Positions 49,356-59,647 of a DNA stretch of 64,000 nucleotides are shown in pieces. The stretch covers positions 20,291 through 84,290 of the forward strand of contig JAYQBG010000009.1 in assembly GCA_038137215.1 (NCBI GenBank), read 5' to 3'. A model generated the notes under the pieces. The model did no database searches, was not told the origin of the DNA, and saw only the letters and a list, made by a program, of their open reading frames with translations. Origin of the DNA: Alphaproteobacteria bacterium. GTDB taxonomy: Bacteria; Pseudomonadota; Alphaproteobacteria; UBA6615. How positions within the stretch are numbered: position 1 is the first letter of the stretch; the number at the start of each line of letters is the position of its first letter. Made by a program: the position numbers and the translations under genes.

Positions 49356-50254
49356 GTGTGATCGGGCCAGAGCCAGGCCGCCCCGCGCACGCCGCCGGAA
49401 TCGCCGTGGACCGCCTGCACGATGGGCGTGTGGACAGCATCCGAGAAGGCATAGTGAGCAACTTTCGCGGGAAGGTTTTCGTAAAGCAGCGCGATGTTGG
49501 ACAAACCGCCGCCCAGAACGATCACGTCGGGATCAATGACGTTGATCAGCACGGTCAGAGCCCGCGCCAGTTGGTCTTCGAAGCGATTCAGGGCGATGCC
49601 CGCATCCCGGTCGCCTGCGCGCGCTGCTTCGGCAATTTGCGCGGCATTTCGTTTTTGACCGGTCTGCTGCGCGAAGGCGGATTCGAATGCCGGTCCCGAG
49701 ACAAAGGTCTCGATGCAGCCCTGCCGACCGCAATAGCACGCTGCGCCGGGATATTCTTCGGCGGTCATCCAGGGAAGCGGGGTGTGGCCCCACTCGCCGC
49801 TGACCGCATTGGCGCCGGTGATCACCGCGCCATTGACCACCAGTCCGCCGCCCACGCCCGTTCCCAGAATGACGCCGAACACCGTTCCGGCGGACCGCCC
49901 GGCGCCGTCCGTGGCTTCGGAGATGGCGAAGCAATTGGCATCGTTCGCGACCCGGACCGGCCGGCCGAGCTGTGCCGCGAGGTCCGTGTCGATGGGGTGG
50001 CCGATCAGCCATGTGGAGTTCGCGTTTTTGACCAGCCCCGTTGCCGGAGACACCGTGCCGGGAATACCCAGCCCGACGGGCGTACGTTTGTCGGGTTCGG
50101 GATCGATCCGGCCAACGAGTCCGGCAATCGCATCGAGCGTTTTTACGTAGCAACCTTGAGGTGAGTCAATTCTCTGACGAACAACCTCAAGTCCGGTGCT
50201 GTCCAGAACAGCCCCTTCAATCTTTGTCCCGCCAAGATCTATTCCGATGCGCAT
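49352..50254 (-). CDS. nagK: ROK-family sugar kinase, N-acetylglucosamine kinase-like
   Basis: MRIGIDLGGTKIEGAV.., zinc motif ..CYCGRQGCIET.., close to E. coli NagK throughout. Confidence 0.65.
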   Translation of the reverse strand: MRIGIDLGGTKIEGAVLDSTGLEVVRQRIDSPQGCYVKTLDAIAGLVGRIDPEPDKRTPVGLGIPGTVSPATGLVKNANSTWLIGHPIDTDLAAQLGRPVRVANDANCFAISEATDGAGRSAGTVFGVILGTGVGGGLVVNGAVITGANAVSGEWGHTPLPWMTAEEYPGAACYCGRQGCIETFVSGPAFESAFAQQTGQKRNAAQIAEAARAGDRDAGIALNRFEDQLARALTVLINVIDPDVIVLGGGLSNIALLYENLPAKVAHYAFSDAVHTPIVQAVHGDSGGVRGAAWLWPDHT

Positions 50255-50395
50255 CTTTATGACTTTAGGTGGACATTTGGGTTTTTATTATCCATTTTCG
50301 TGACTTTCCGAGAACGTTCGCCGGCCGGGTGTTTTTGTGGGTATGAGCCGTAAACACATAGTGTTGCCGAGAACCCTGACTGGACCAATCCTATA

Positions 50396-50746
50396 ATGGC
50401 GAAAACTGTCCTCATCGTCGAAGACAATGAGCTGAACATGAAACTCTTTCACGATCTGCTTGAGGCTCAGGGCTACGACACCCTGCAGACCAAAGACGGG
50501 AGAGAAGCTCTGAAAATGGCGCGTGAACACCGCCCCGACCTGGTCTTGATGGATATCCATCTGCCGGAAGTCTCCGGCCTGGAAGTCACGAAATGGATCA
50601 AGGAAGACGATGAACTGAAATCGATTCCGGTGATCGCGGTAACGGCGTTTGCCATGAAAGGGGACGAGGAAAAAATTTGTCAGGGCGGCTGTGAGGCCTA
50701 TATCGCCAAACCGATCTCGGTGACCCAGTTTCTGGAAACGGTGTAG
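50396..50746 (+). CDS. divK: single-domain response regulator DivK
   Basis: [94 protein letters not shown], near-identical to Caulobacter DivK as recalled. Confidence 0.8.
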   Translation: MAKTVLIVEDNELNMKLFHDLLEAQGYDTLQTKDGREALKMAREHRPDLVLMDIHLPEVSGLEVTKWIKEDDELKSIPVIAVTAFAMKGDEEKICQGGCEAYIAKPISVTQFLETV

Positions 50747-50786
50747 TCGTTCATCGACTAGGGCCTTCATCCCGTTTGAAAGCAGA

Positions 50787-50815
50787 AAAGCCGCCCCGGG
50801 GGCGGCTTTTTGTTT
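50787..50815. terminator. bidirectional intrinsic terminator between convergent divK and rpmG (GC stem flanked by A-tract and T-tract)
   Basis: gaaaagccgccccgggggcggctttttgttt. Confidence 0.75.
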
Positions 50816-50849
50816 GCGGTGATACCGGAGCGACCGGCATCGCGAACCG

Positions 50850-51017
50850 CTACTTCATCTTGTCTTCCTTGAACATGACATGCTTGCGCACGACAGGGTC
50901 ATATTTGCGCATTTCGAGCTTTTCGGGCTTGAGGCGCGGGTTCTTCTTCGCCGTGTAGAAAAAGCCGGTATCGGCCGAGCTCACGAGCTTGACGAGGATG
51001 GTGCTTGGTTTTGCCAT
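50850..51017 (-). CDS. rpmG: 50S ribosomal protein L33 (not in ORF track, 55 aa)
   Basis: Hand translation [55 protein letters not shown]. Confidence 0.9.
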   Translation of the reverse strand: MAKPSTILVKLVSSADTGFFYTAKKNPRLKPEKLEMRKYDPVVRKHVMFKEDKMK

Positions 51018-51116
51018 TTGTCTGTCCTGACACTGAATTCAGGCGGCGAAAATAGCGTGCGGCGGCGGCAAGTCAAGCGCCATTCACCGATAATCGCAGC
51101 CGCTGCACAACAGGGC

Positions 51117-52688
51117 CTAGCGATTGGCGACCGTGGTTTCGGCTTCCTGCAGCAGGGCGCGATAGAGAGCGCTGTCGGCGATGATCGCCCGGGCCAGTTC
51201 CAGATCCACATCCGGCGCGCCGTCATCGGACGGACAGATTTCGCGCAACCGCTCACGATTGACGTCATCGGTGTTGCCGGTGGCACGCCATGCGCTCAGG
51301 CGCCCGGCGAGGACTTCGTCGCCGTTCTGGACGGCGGGCACGAGGGTCTTGGCGTCGCGGGTATTGCCGCCGCCATGGGTGCAGACCGAGGGCAGCACGC
51401 CAAGTTCGTGCAGCCGGTAACCGGAGGGGGCGAGGAAGCGCGACCATGTCAGGGTGATTTCGCCACGGTTGGGCAACTGCAGCACCGATTGCACGGTGCC
51501 CTTCCCAAACGAATTCGTACCGATAACGATGGCACGGCCGTTATCCTGCAGGGCCGCGGCGACGATTTCCGATGCCGATGCCGAATTGCCGTTGATCAGC
51601 ACCACAAGTGGTGCACCGCGTGTCAGGTCGCCCTTTTTGGCCTCGAACACCTGTCGGCTTACGGGGTGGCGCCCCCGTGTGGCGGCAATGGCACCGCCGT
51701 CGAGGAATATGTCGGCGATCTTGATGGAGGCATCCAGGCGTCCGCCCGGATTGGAGCGAAGGTCGAGGATGAATCCTGCCGGTGCGCCGTCCGGGGAACG
51801 CATTTCCCGTGACACCAGCCGCTCCATCAGCCGGGCGGAATCCACGTTGAAACCCGAGAGCTCCATCGCGGCGACCCCGTCCTTGCGTATTACCTTGACC
51901 GTTTCGGCGACGACATGGGCGCGGACAATCGTGATGGGGACCGGCGCGGCAACACCTTCGCGCTTTACGGTGAACGAGACAGAGGTCTCGATCGGGCCGC
52001 GCAGGGTCTGAACCAGCTGACGCTGGGACCAGCCGGCAATGGATTCGCCTTCGATATGGGTGATGCGGTCCACCGGCAGAACACCCGCGCGCGCAGCCGG
52101 TCCGTTTTCATTCACGCCAATGACGAATGCGTCTTCCTCCTCCATGCGGATGGTGACGCCAATCCCGCCAAATCCGTCGCGATAGGCTCTTTTTTCAATC
52201 GCGGTTTCTGCATCGTCGTACCGTGAAAAGCGGTCGAGAGGCTCGAGAACGCTGTCAAAGACGGCCTTGAACACGCTTTCGGCCCGTGCCTCCGCGACCG
52301 CCGGCGAGGCATCCCGGACCAATCCGATCGCCTGTACCGTCGCCTCACTCCAGGCATTGGGGTCACCATTGGCGGGTACTGCCACGCTACCGACGCTCTG
52401 GCCGTTGTAGAACACCTGTATACGACCGGCGGAATCCCGCACATCCACGTTCGAATCCAGCTGCCGCAGGCCGGTCAGACCGCTGATGCTCAGTTCACGG
52501 ATCGAAACCGGATCGATGTAGCGGCTGCTGATGAAATGGTATCCGGCATCGAACATGTTGCGGCTGTAGCTGTCGCTGTAAGCGGCTTTCTGCGGCGCCA
52601 CGTTTTGCGTGCAGCCAGCCAGAACGACAACGGCAATCGCGATGATTGCGCGTCGAAAAAATGTGTGACGTGAATTCAAAAGGTTCAT
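51117..52688 (-). CDS. S41-family C-terminal processing peptidase lipoprotein with PDZ domain
   Basis: Start at MNLLNSRHTFFRRAIIAIAVVVLAGCT (lipobox); PDZ GIGVTIRMEEEDAFVIGVNENGPAARAGV; catalytic region ..LINGNSASASEIVAAALQD.. Confidence 0.75.
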   Translation of the reverse strand: MNLLNSRHTFFRRAIIAIAVVVLAGCTQNVAPQKAAYSDSYSRNMFDAGYHFISSRYIDPVSIRELSISGLTGLRQLDSNVDVRDSAGRIQVFYNGQSVGSVAVPANGDPNAWSEATVQAIGLVRDASPAVAEARAESVFKAVFDSVLEPLDRFSRYDDAETAIEKRAYRDGFGGIGVTIRMEEEDAFVIGVNENGPAARAGVLPVDRITHIEGESIAGWSQRQLVQTLRGPIETSVSFTVKREGVAAPVPITIVRAHVVAETVKVIRKDGVAAMELSGFNVDSARLMERLVSREMRSPDGAPAGFILDLRSNPGGRLDASIKIADIFLDGGAIAATRGRHPVSRQVFEAKKGDLTRGAPLVVLINGNSASASEIVAAALQDNGRAIVIGTNSFGKGTVQSVLQLPNRGEITLTWSRFLAPSGYRLHELGVLPSVCTHGGGNTRDAKTLVPAVQNGDEVLAGRLSAWRATGNTDDVNRERLREICPSDDGAPDVDLELARAIIADSALYRALLQEAETTVANR

Positions 52689-52772
52689 GGGCAAGACATA
52701 TCGTGCAAGCACTTTACGGGTAAAGTCCGGGGGATCAGATCATCATTCTGCACGCGAAAAACTGTCAGTTCA

Positions 52773-55004
52773 CTAACGCCGCTTTTTTTGGCGTTTGTCG
52801 GGTCTCTTTCGCCCTGATTTACGGCGCTTTTGTGGCGGTTTGCGGCGGACCGGCGCGCCGCCATCCATAAGATCGAATATGGCCGATCCGCTCAGGCCGT
52901 CAGCTTCGGCAATGCGGATTTCGACCGAATCGCCCAAACGGTAGGCGCCGCCATGCTCGGTCTTGAGAACATGCGTGCGGGTGTCGAAGCGCGGCCGTCC
53001 GCCCGGAAGACGCGAAGCGGGTACGAATCCCTCGGCGCCATTGTCGTCGATTGCCACGAACAGTCCGGCACGGGTCGTGCCGCGCACGGTGCCCGAAAAA
53101 CTTTCGCCCGCATGGGCTTCCAGAAACGCAGCGGTGTAGCGGTCATTGGCATCGCGTTCGGCGGAGACAGCGCGTCGTTCGGTCTTCGAAATGTGTTCGC
53201 CGATCTCGGTGAAACGGCCGGCCTCACTGTCATCGAGACCGCTATCTCCGAGTTTCAGCCCGGTGATCAGCACGCGATGTACCAGCAAATCGGCGTAGCG
53301 CCGGATGGGCGAAGTGAAATGTGCGTAGTCGTGCAGCCCGAGCCCGAAATGTCCGATGTTCTCGGGATTGTACTCGGCCTGCATCTGGCTGCGCAGAATG
53401 ATCTCGTTCACCGTGCGCTCATGGGCTTCGCCGCGCACACGCTCCAGAATGCTGTTGAAATCCTTCGGCCGCATCATCTTGCCGCGGGTCAGCTTGACCC
53501 CGAAACCCGCGAGCATGTCGCGCAGGTCTTCAAGTTTTTCGATGGACGGCTCATCGTGAATCCGGAACATGACCGGCTGTCGCAGGCGTTTGAGTTCCCG
53601 CGCGGCGGCCACATTGGCGGCGATCATGAATTCTTCGATCAGTTTGTGACTGTCAAACCGGGCGACCGGCGCGATGTTTGCCACCCGGCCATTGTCGTCG
53701 AGAACGACCTTCCGCTCGGGCAACTCGAGTTCCAGCGCCCCGCGTTCGCTGCGGGCTGCCGCCAGGCAGGCATAGGCACCATAGAGATTGTCCAGATGGC
53801 CCGGCATCACGGGGTCTTCGCCCGCATCCCGTGCAGCCTGGACCTGTTCATAGGTCAGGCGGGCCACCGAGCGCATCAGGCCGCGCCGGAAGCGGTACTT
53901 GCGTAGCTTGCCGTCCGCCCCGATCCACAGATCGGCGGCCATGCAGGCGCGGTCTTCGTCCGGGCGCAGGGAACACAATCCGTTGGACAGCGCTTCGGGC
54001 AACATCGGGACCACCCGGTCCGGGAAATAGACAGAATTGCCGCGCTTGAAAGCTTCCCGGTCGAGTGGGCTTCCGGGACGGACATATTCGGCCACATCGG
54101 CGATGGCGACGATCAGGTGCCATCCTCCCTGGTTGTTGGCGCTGGTGTCGGGCTCGGCAAAGACCGCGTCATCGAAGTCGCGGGCATCCGCGCCGTCGAT
54201 GGTGACCAGCGGGATATCGCGTAGATCGGTGCGTTTGCCGAGCACCGGCGGCCTGGCCGCCTCGGCCTCCTTGATCACGGCCTGGGGGAAGCGGTCAGGG
54301 ATGCCGGCCCGGTGAATTGCGATCCGGCTGATCGCGCCGGGCGCATCGCCAGCGCCGATATTCTCGATGATGCGGGCCTGGGGCAGGCCCAGACGGCGTG
54401 CGGGCAGAATCTCGACAACCACCAGGTCCCCAGCGGTCGCCGCGGCGTTCTCGCCGGCGGCCACAAGGAAATCACCGCGCCGTCCCCGTTCGAGTGGCAT
54501 GATACGTCCCCCGTCGTCGCTCTCGCGATAACGTCCGACCACGCTTTCGGTCTTGCTGTCGGTCGCCCGGAGCGGGGTTGCCGTATAGGTGTTGTCCTCC
54601 CGTGGTGCCAGACGGGCGACAAACCGGTCGCCCAGACCGGGTGCGGGCATGCTGCGTGGCGGGGGGCGGACATCGATGCGGGGCGGCGGTCCGTCGGAGC
54701 TGTGGCTGACCGGGCGTACGGTCAGTTCGCCGTCGTCATCGACGCCGATGACCTCCAGTACGGCGACCGCCGGCAGTTCGGATGTCAGGCGCCAGCGCCG
54801 TCCCTGGACACGTTCGATGCGACCGGCATCCTGTAGTTCGCGGAGCTTGTCGCGCAGCGCGGTGCGTTGCGGGCCCTTGAGTCCGAATTCTCGTGCGAGG
54901 TCGCGGGTTGGAAGCGCCTCGTGAGACGACTTCAGCAGGTCCAGAATGGTGTCGTCGGTGGGCACGCCATCGGGGCCCAGCCCGTCGATCTTGCGCTTCG
55001 CCAA
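52773..55004 (-). CDS. rnr: ribonuclease R
   Basis: 743 aa; RNB domain, S1 domain, basic C-terminal tail KRRKSGRKRPDKRQKKRR. Confidence 0.85.
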   Translation of the reverse strand: MAKRKIDGLGPDGVPTDDTILDLLKSSHEALPTRDLAREFGLKGPQRTALRDKLRELQDAGRIERVQGRRWRLTSELPAVAVLEVIGVDDDGELTVRPVSHSSDGPPPRIDVRPPPRSMPAPGLGDRFVARLAPREDNTYTATPLRATDSKTESVVGRYRESDDGGRIMPLERGRRGDFLVAAGENAAATAGDLVVVEILPARRLGLPQARIIENIGAGDAPGAISRIAIHRAGIPDRFPQAVIKEAEAARPPVLGKRTDLRDIPLVTIDGADARDFDDAVFAEPDTSANNQGGWHLIVAIADVAEYVRPGSPLDREAFKRGNSVYFPDRVVPMLPEALSNGLCSLRPDEDRACMAADLWIGADGKLRKYRFRRGLMRSVARLTYEQVQAARDAGEDPVMPGHLDNLYGAYACLAAARSERGALELELPERKVVLDDNGRVANIAPVARFDSHKLIEEFMIAANVAAARELKRLRQPVMFRIHDEPSIEKLEDLRDMLAGFGVKLTRGKMMRPKDFNSILERVRGEAHERTVNEIILRSQMQAEYNPENIGHFGLGLHDYAHFTSPIRRYADLLVHRVLITGLKLGDSGLDDSEAGRFTEIGEHISKTERRAVSAERDANDRYTAAFLEAHAGESFSGTVRGTTRAGLFVAIDDNGAEGFVPASRLPGGRPRFDTRTHVLKTEHGGAYRLGDSVEIRIAEADGLSGSAIFDLMDGGAPVRRKPPQKRRKSGRKRPDKRQKKRR

Positions 55005-55013
55005 ACTACGCGC

Positions 55014-57707
55014 CTAGTCCGCGCTCTCGGCAGACGGCGCATCGCCCTCGGCCACTTCGGCGGGCTTTTTCTTCGGGGCAGCCTTTTTCTTGGCCGCCGG
55101 CTTCTTCTTCGCCGCGGTTTTTTTCTTGGCCGCCGGTTTTTTCTTCGCCGGTGCCTTCTTCTTCCCGGCTGCCTGTTTGGCCACCCGGGCCGCGATCAGC
55201 TCCAGCGCTTCGTCGAGAGTGACCTCCTGCGGATCGCGGTCCCGCGGGATCGTCGCGTTCGTCTTGCCGTGCTTCACGTAAGGGCCATAGCGACCGTCAT
55301 GCACGGTCACGGGCTTTTCATCCTCGGGATGGACGCCCAGATCCTTCAGCGGTCCGGCGCGTCCCCGGCGTCCCTTGCCCTTTTCGGCGAGAACCGTAAC
55401 CGCGCGGTTGAGGCCGACCGTTAGAACCTCACGCGGTTCCGGCAGTGAGGCATAGGTGGTGCCGTGCTTCACATAGGGGCCGTAGCGCCCGATCCCGGCC
55501 TGAATCACCACGCCGTCTTCCGGGTGAGGGCCGATATCGCGGGGTAGCGACAAGAGGGAGAGGGCCAGTGCAAGATCGACTTCGTCCAGCGTGAAACCAT
55601 CGGGAATCGAGGTGCGCTTGGGCTTTGTGGCCTTCTTGCCTTCGCCTTCCGGTTCGCCCAGCTGTGCATAGAGGCCATAGGGCCCCTTGCGCAGGGTGAC
55701 CTCTTTCTCGGTTTCCGGATCGACGCCCAGCAGCTTCGGCCCGTTGGCCAGCTCCGCGGTCTCGTCGTCGCCGCCATCCACGGCCAGCTTGCGGGTGTAT
55801 TTGCATTCGGGATAGTTCGAGCAGCCGACAAACGGCCCGTGGCGGCCCAGGCGCAGGCCCAGTCGGCCTTCGCTGCAGGCGGGGCAGACGCGCGGGTCGG
55901 TGCCGTCCTCGCGGATCGGGAAGAAGTGCGGGCCCAGCTCTTCGTCGAGCGCGTCGAGCACGGAACGGACGCGCAGTTCGGCCGTGCCTTCGATGGCAGC
56001 GGAAAAGTCGCGCCAGAAGTCCCGCAGCACGGTTTTCCAATCGATACGCCCGCCGGAGATGTCGTCAAGGCGTTCCTCCATCTGGGCGGTGAAGTCGTAC
56101 TCCAGATAGCGCTCGAAGTAGTTGCCCAGGAAGCTGATGACCAGACGGCCCTGGTCTTCGGGAATGAAGCGTTTGCGGTCGAGCTGTACGTAGTTTCGGT
56201 CCTGCAGCACCTTGATGATCGAAGCATAGGTGGAGGGCCGGCCGATCCCGAGTTCTTCCATGGCCTTGACCAGGCTGGCTTCGGTATAGCGGGGCGGAGG
56301 CTGGGTGAAATGCTGCTCGGGCAGGACTTCGCGCACCCCGGCTGCATCGCCTTCATTGAGCGGCGGCAGGCGGCGTTCGTCGTCATTCTCGCTGTCGCCG
56401 TTCTCGGGCGCGTCGTCCTTGTCTTCGCGGTAGAGCTTGAGGAAACCGTCAAAGGCGATGGTCTGGCCATTGGCGCGTAGGCCGAGTTTCTCGTCGGCCG
56501 AACGCAGATCGACGGTCACCCGGTCGATCTGGGCTTCTGCCATTTCGGAGGCGAGCGTGCGACGCCAGATCAGTTCGTAGAGGCGGAACATGTCCGTTTC
56601 CAGCATGCCCTTCAGGCTTGCCGGGCGGCGGAACAGATCCGTCGGGCGCACGGCTTCATGGGCTTCCTGGGCATTCTTGGCACGGGAGCGATAGACCCGC
56701 GGCTTTTCCGGGAGGTACTCCTCGCCGAAATCCGTGTCGATCAGGTTGCGGCAACCGGTGATCGCTTCCTGGCTGAGGGTCACGCTGTCGGTCCGCATAT
56801 AGGTGATCAGGCCGACGGTCTCGCCGTCTATCTCGACCCCTTCATAAAGGCGCTGGGCCACCCGCATGGTCTGGGACGTGCCGAACCCAAGCTTGCGGGC
56901 AGCTTCCTGCTGCAGGGTCGAGGTGGTGAAAGGCGGCTGCGGGTTGCGTTTGGTACGCTTCTTCTCGACCGATGCGATCTTGAATGAAGCGGCTTCGACC
57001 TCGCTCTTGGCGGCCATGGCCGTGCCTTCGTTGCCCAGATCGAAGCGGTCGAGCTTCTTTCCGTCGCGCTCCACCAGGCGGGCGGCAAAGCTGTCGCCCT
57101 GGGCGCTGTCGAGCCCGACTTCGATCGACCAGTATTCCTGGGGTTTGAAGACCTCGATCTCCGCCTCGCGCTCGCAGATCAGACGCAGGGCGACCGACTG
57201 GACGCGCCCGGCCGAACGTGAGCCCGGCAGCTTGCGCCACAGAACCGGGGACAGCTTGAAACCCACGAGATAGTCCAGCGCGCGGCGGGCCAGATAGGCC
57301 TCGACCAGTTCGTTATGGACCGCGCGGGGATGATTGAAGGCGTCCTGCACCGCGCCCTTAGTGATCTCGTTGAAGACTACGCGTTTGACGTCGATATCGT
57401 CGAGCAGGCCGCGCTCGCGCAGCAATTGTTCGATATGCCAGGAAATCGCTTCGCCTTCGCGATCCGGGTCGGTTGCCAGATACAGGGTTTCGGCACCGTC
57501 GAGCGCATCGACAATGGCCTTGATCGGCTTTTCGGCGCGGGAATCCACCGACCAGTCCATGTCGAAGTCTTCTTCGGGACGCACCGAACCGTCTTTGGGC
57601 GGCAGATCCCGGATATGCCCATAGGAGGCAAGAACGGTGTAATCCGCACCAAGATACTTGTTGATGGTTTTGGCCTTGGAAGGCGATTCGACGACAACGA
57701 CGTTCAT
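55014..57707 (-). CDS. topA: DNA topoisomerase I with C-terminal zinc ribbons and Lys/Ala-rich tail
   Basis: 897 aa; TOPRIM MNVVVVESPSKAKTI, active-site Tyr region, ..GRHGPFVGCSNYPECKYT.., tail AKKKPAAKKKTAAKKK. Confidence 0.9.
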   Translation of the reverse strand: MNVVVVESPSKAKTINKYLGADYTVLASYGHIRDLPPKDGSVRPEEDFDMDWSVDSRAEKPIKAIVDALDGAETLYLATDPDREGEAISWHIEQLLRERGLLDDIDVKRVVFNEITKGAVQDAFNHPRAVHNELVEAYLARRALDYLVGFKLSPVLWRKLPGSRSAGRVQSVALRLICEREAEIEVFKPQEYWSIEVGLDSAQGDSFAARLVERDGKKLDRFDLGNEGTAMAAKSEVEAASFKIASVEKKRTKRNPQPPFTTSTLQQEAARKLGFGTSQTMRVAQRLYEGVEIDGETVGLITYMRTDSVTLSQEAITGCRNLIDTDFGEEYLPEKPRVYRSRAKNAQEAHEAVRPTDLFRRPASLKGMLETDMFRLYELIWRRTLASEMAEAQIDRVTVDLRSADEKLGLRANGQTIAFDGFLKLYREDKDDAPENGDSENDDERRLPPLNEGDAAGVREVLPEQHFTQPPPRYTEASLVKAMEELGIGRPSTYASIIKVLQDRNYVQLDRKRFIPEDQGRLVISFLGNYFERYLEYDFTAQMEERLDDISGGRIDWKTVLRDFWRDFSAAIEGTAELRVRSVLDALDEELGPHFFPIREDGTDPRVCPACSEGRLGLRLGRHGPFVGCSNYPECKYTRKLAVDGGDDETAELANGPKLLGVDPETEKEVTLRKGPYGLYAQLGEPEGEGKKATKPKRTSIPDGFTLDEVDLALALSLLSLPRDIGPHPEDGVVIQAGIGRYGPYVKHGTTYASLPEPREVLTVGLNRAVTVLAEKGKGRRGRAGPLKDLGVHPEDEKPVTVHDGRYGPYVKHGKTNATIPRDRDPQEVTLDEALELIAARVAKQAAGKKKAPAKKKPAAKKKTAAKKKPAAKKKAAPKKKPAEVAEGDAPSAESAD

Positions 57708-57773
57708 AAAAACCGTTTTCGCTTTCGGTTTGAAACCGTAACAAACACCAACCCGGCGCGGTGTGATCCTGGT

Positions 57774-58903
57774 CTAGAGGCCCGCAACCCGGTTGCCCGT
57801 AAGCCGTTCCAGACGACCCGCCAGTTCGAGTTCGAGCAGGATAGTCCGTACGACAGGGGCGGTTAATTGGCACCGCCGCACGATTTCGTCAACTGCGACG
57901 GGTTCCGGTGACAAACATTCCAGCACGCTCACGCGGGCTTTCGGATCGCCGGATTCGGGTTCGAGCGGTCCCGGGGAGGCCGGTGTTTTCGTCGCCGTGA
58001 CGGTGGCGGCGGGACGCCGGAGCATGGGCCGGACGACTTCCAGGATGTCGCTGGCGTCGCGCACGAGGGTGGCCCCCTCACGGATCAGCCGGTTGGCGCC
58101 ATAGGCTCGCGGATCGAGCGGGGAGCCGGGAATGGCCAGCACCTCGCGGCCCTGTTCGCCGGGCATGTGGGCGGTGATCAGGGAGCCCGACCGCTGGGCG
58201 GCCTCGACGATGACCACGCCGAGGGACAATCCGGACACGATCCGGTTGCGCCGGGGAAAATGCCGCGCCTGTGGTTTCAGGCCCGGCGGCATTTCGCTGA
58301 TCACGGCACCGGATTCGATGATCCTGGCATAGAGCGCCTCGTTTTCGGGCGGATAGACCACATCGACGCCCCCGGCCATCACCGCAACAGTCCGGCCCGA
58401 GGGGGCCAGCGCGCCGTTATGGGCGGCGGTGTCGATCCCGCGGGCGAGGCCGGAAACAATCGTGATGTCGGCCTCGGCCAGGTCCCGGGCGATGGTCTCG
58501 GCGATGCGCCGCCCATTGGCGGAGGCATTGCGGGCGCCCACGATGCCGATCCCTGCTGTGGGCAGAATGGAAAGATCGCCACGCACGCAGAGGACCGGCG
58601 GCGCGTCGTCGATCTGGGCCAGTGCGGCGGGGTATCCCGGCTCATCCAGCGTGACGGCGTGTGCGTCGAGCGCGTCGATCCGGGCGAGTTCATCCTCCGC
58701 GGAGGCCAAATCGGGAACCTTGAGGACGCGCCGGCCGCCGCGCCCGGCCAGTTCGGCGAGGCCGTCGATGGCATCCGTGGCGGTTCCGAAAGCGCCATCA
58801 ACTCACGCCAGGTGATCGGGCCGACCGTCTCGGTCCGGATCAGCCGCAGGCGATCGCGGCGCTCCGCTTCAGATATGGCTTCAAATATAGGTTCGGCTGG
58901 CAC
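57774..58903 (-). pseudogene. dprA: DNA processing protein DprA (Smf) split by a -1 frameshift near 58796: N-terminal 36 codons in one frame, remainder in another
   Basis: Frame A (58903 down) MPAEPIFEAISEAERRDRLRLIRTETVGPITWRELM. Frame B continues GAFGTATDAIDGLAELAGRGG..LDEPGYPAALAQIDDAPPVLCVRGD..IVGARNASANGRR..SGLARGIDTAAH... Spacing matches the DprA consensus only if 1 nt is restored. Confidence 0.65.
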
Positions 58904-58936
58904 GGGCGCGAGGATGGCCTACACCCCGGACGGGGG

Positions 58937-59590
58937 TCAACTCGATGTGCCGGACCGCTTCAGGTTGATCCGGGATTCTTCGCCGCGCAGCAGGCGTTTG
59001 ATATTGCCTGCATGTTTGATCCAGACCAGCGCGGCGAGGAAAATCGCAATTCCGGCCACCTGCGGTCCGCCAAGATACCAGCCCAGCAACGGCGCGGCCG
59101 CCACCGAGATCAGCGCGGCCAGGGAGGAGTATCGGAAGACCAGCGCGACGCCGATCCAGGCCACCAATGTGGCGACGCCGGTCAGCCAGGACAGCCCCAG
59201 CAGGACCCCCATGGTGGTCGCAACGCCCTTGCCGCCGCGAAACCAGAGCCAGACGGGGAATAGGTGCCCCAGCACGACCGCCAGGCTGGTGAAGAAGGCC
59301 ACGTCGGGTCCGAAGAACAGGAAGGGCACGTACACAGCCACAAACCCCTTGGCCATGTCGAGCAGCAGGGTGCCGGCACCCAGCGCCTTGCCGCCGGTGC
59401 GCAACGCATTGGTCGCACCGATATTGCCGGACCCGGATTTGCGGAGGTCGCCCTTGCCCATGGCGCGGGCCAGAAGCAGCCCGAAGGGAATGCTGCCGAG
59501 GATATAGGCGCCGAGGATCCGCGGCAGGCAGACCTGCCAGCCATAAACGCGGGTCTTCCAGTCCGGGATCGAAAAGGTGGACTGGAACAC
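58937..59590 (-). CDS. plsY: glycerol-3-phosphate acyltransferase PlsY; start codon uncertain
   Basis: ..ILGAYILGSIPFGLLLARAMGKGDLRKSGSGNIGATNALRTGGK.. PlsY signature; only GTG candidates upstream (59590 or 59632). Confidence 0.75.
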   Translation of the reverse strand: MFQSTFSIPDWKTRVYGWQVCLPRILGAYILGSIPFGLLLARAMGKGDLRKSGSGNIGATNALRTGGKALGAGTLLLDMAKGFVAVYVPFLFFGPDVAFFTSLAVVLGHLFPVWLWFRGGKGVATTMGVLLGLSWLTGVATLVAWIGVALVFRYSSLAALISVAAAPLLGWYLGGPQVAGIAIFLAALVWIKHAGNIKRLLRGEESRINLKRSGTSS

Positions 59591-59647
59591 GCTCCAGGAG
59601 AACAGGATCGGGCTGGCGCCGTCTTCGACCACATGTGCCTCCGGAGG

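Noticed and set aside
58786-58806. Programmed -1 ribosomal frameshift in dprA
   Set aside because: There is no X XXY YYZ slippery heptamer and no obvious downstream stimulatory structure. A 1-nt deletion or sequencing error is simpler.
58379-58903. 174-aa ORF listed separately in the track
   Set aside because: Only its first about 36 codons are meaningful (DprA N-terminus). The rest is out-of-frame read-through of dprA. It is treated as the upstream half of a frameshifted dprA.
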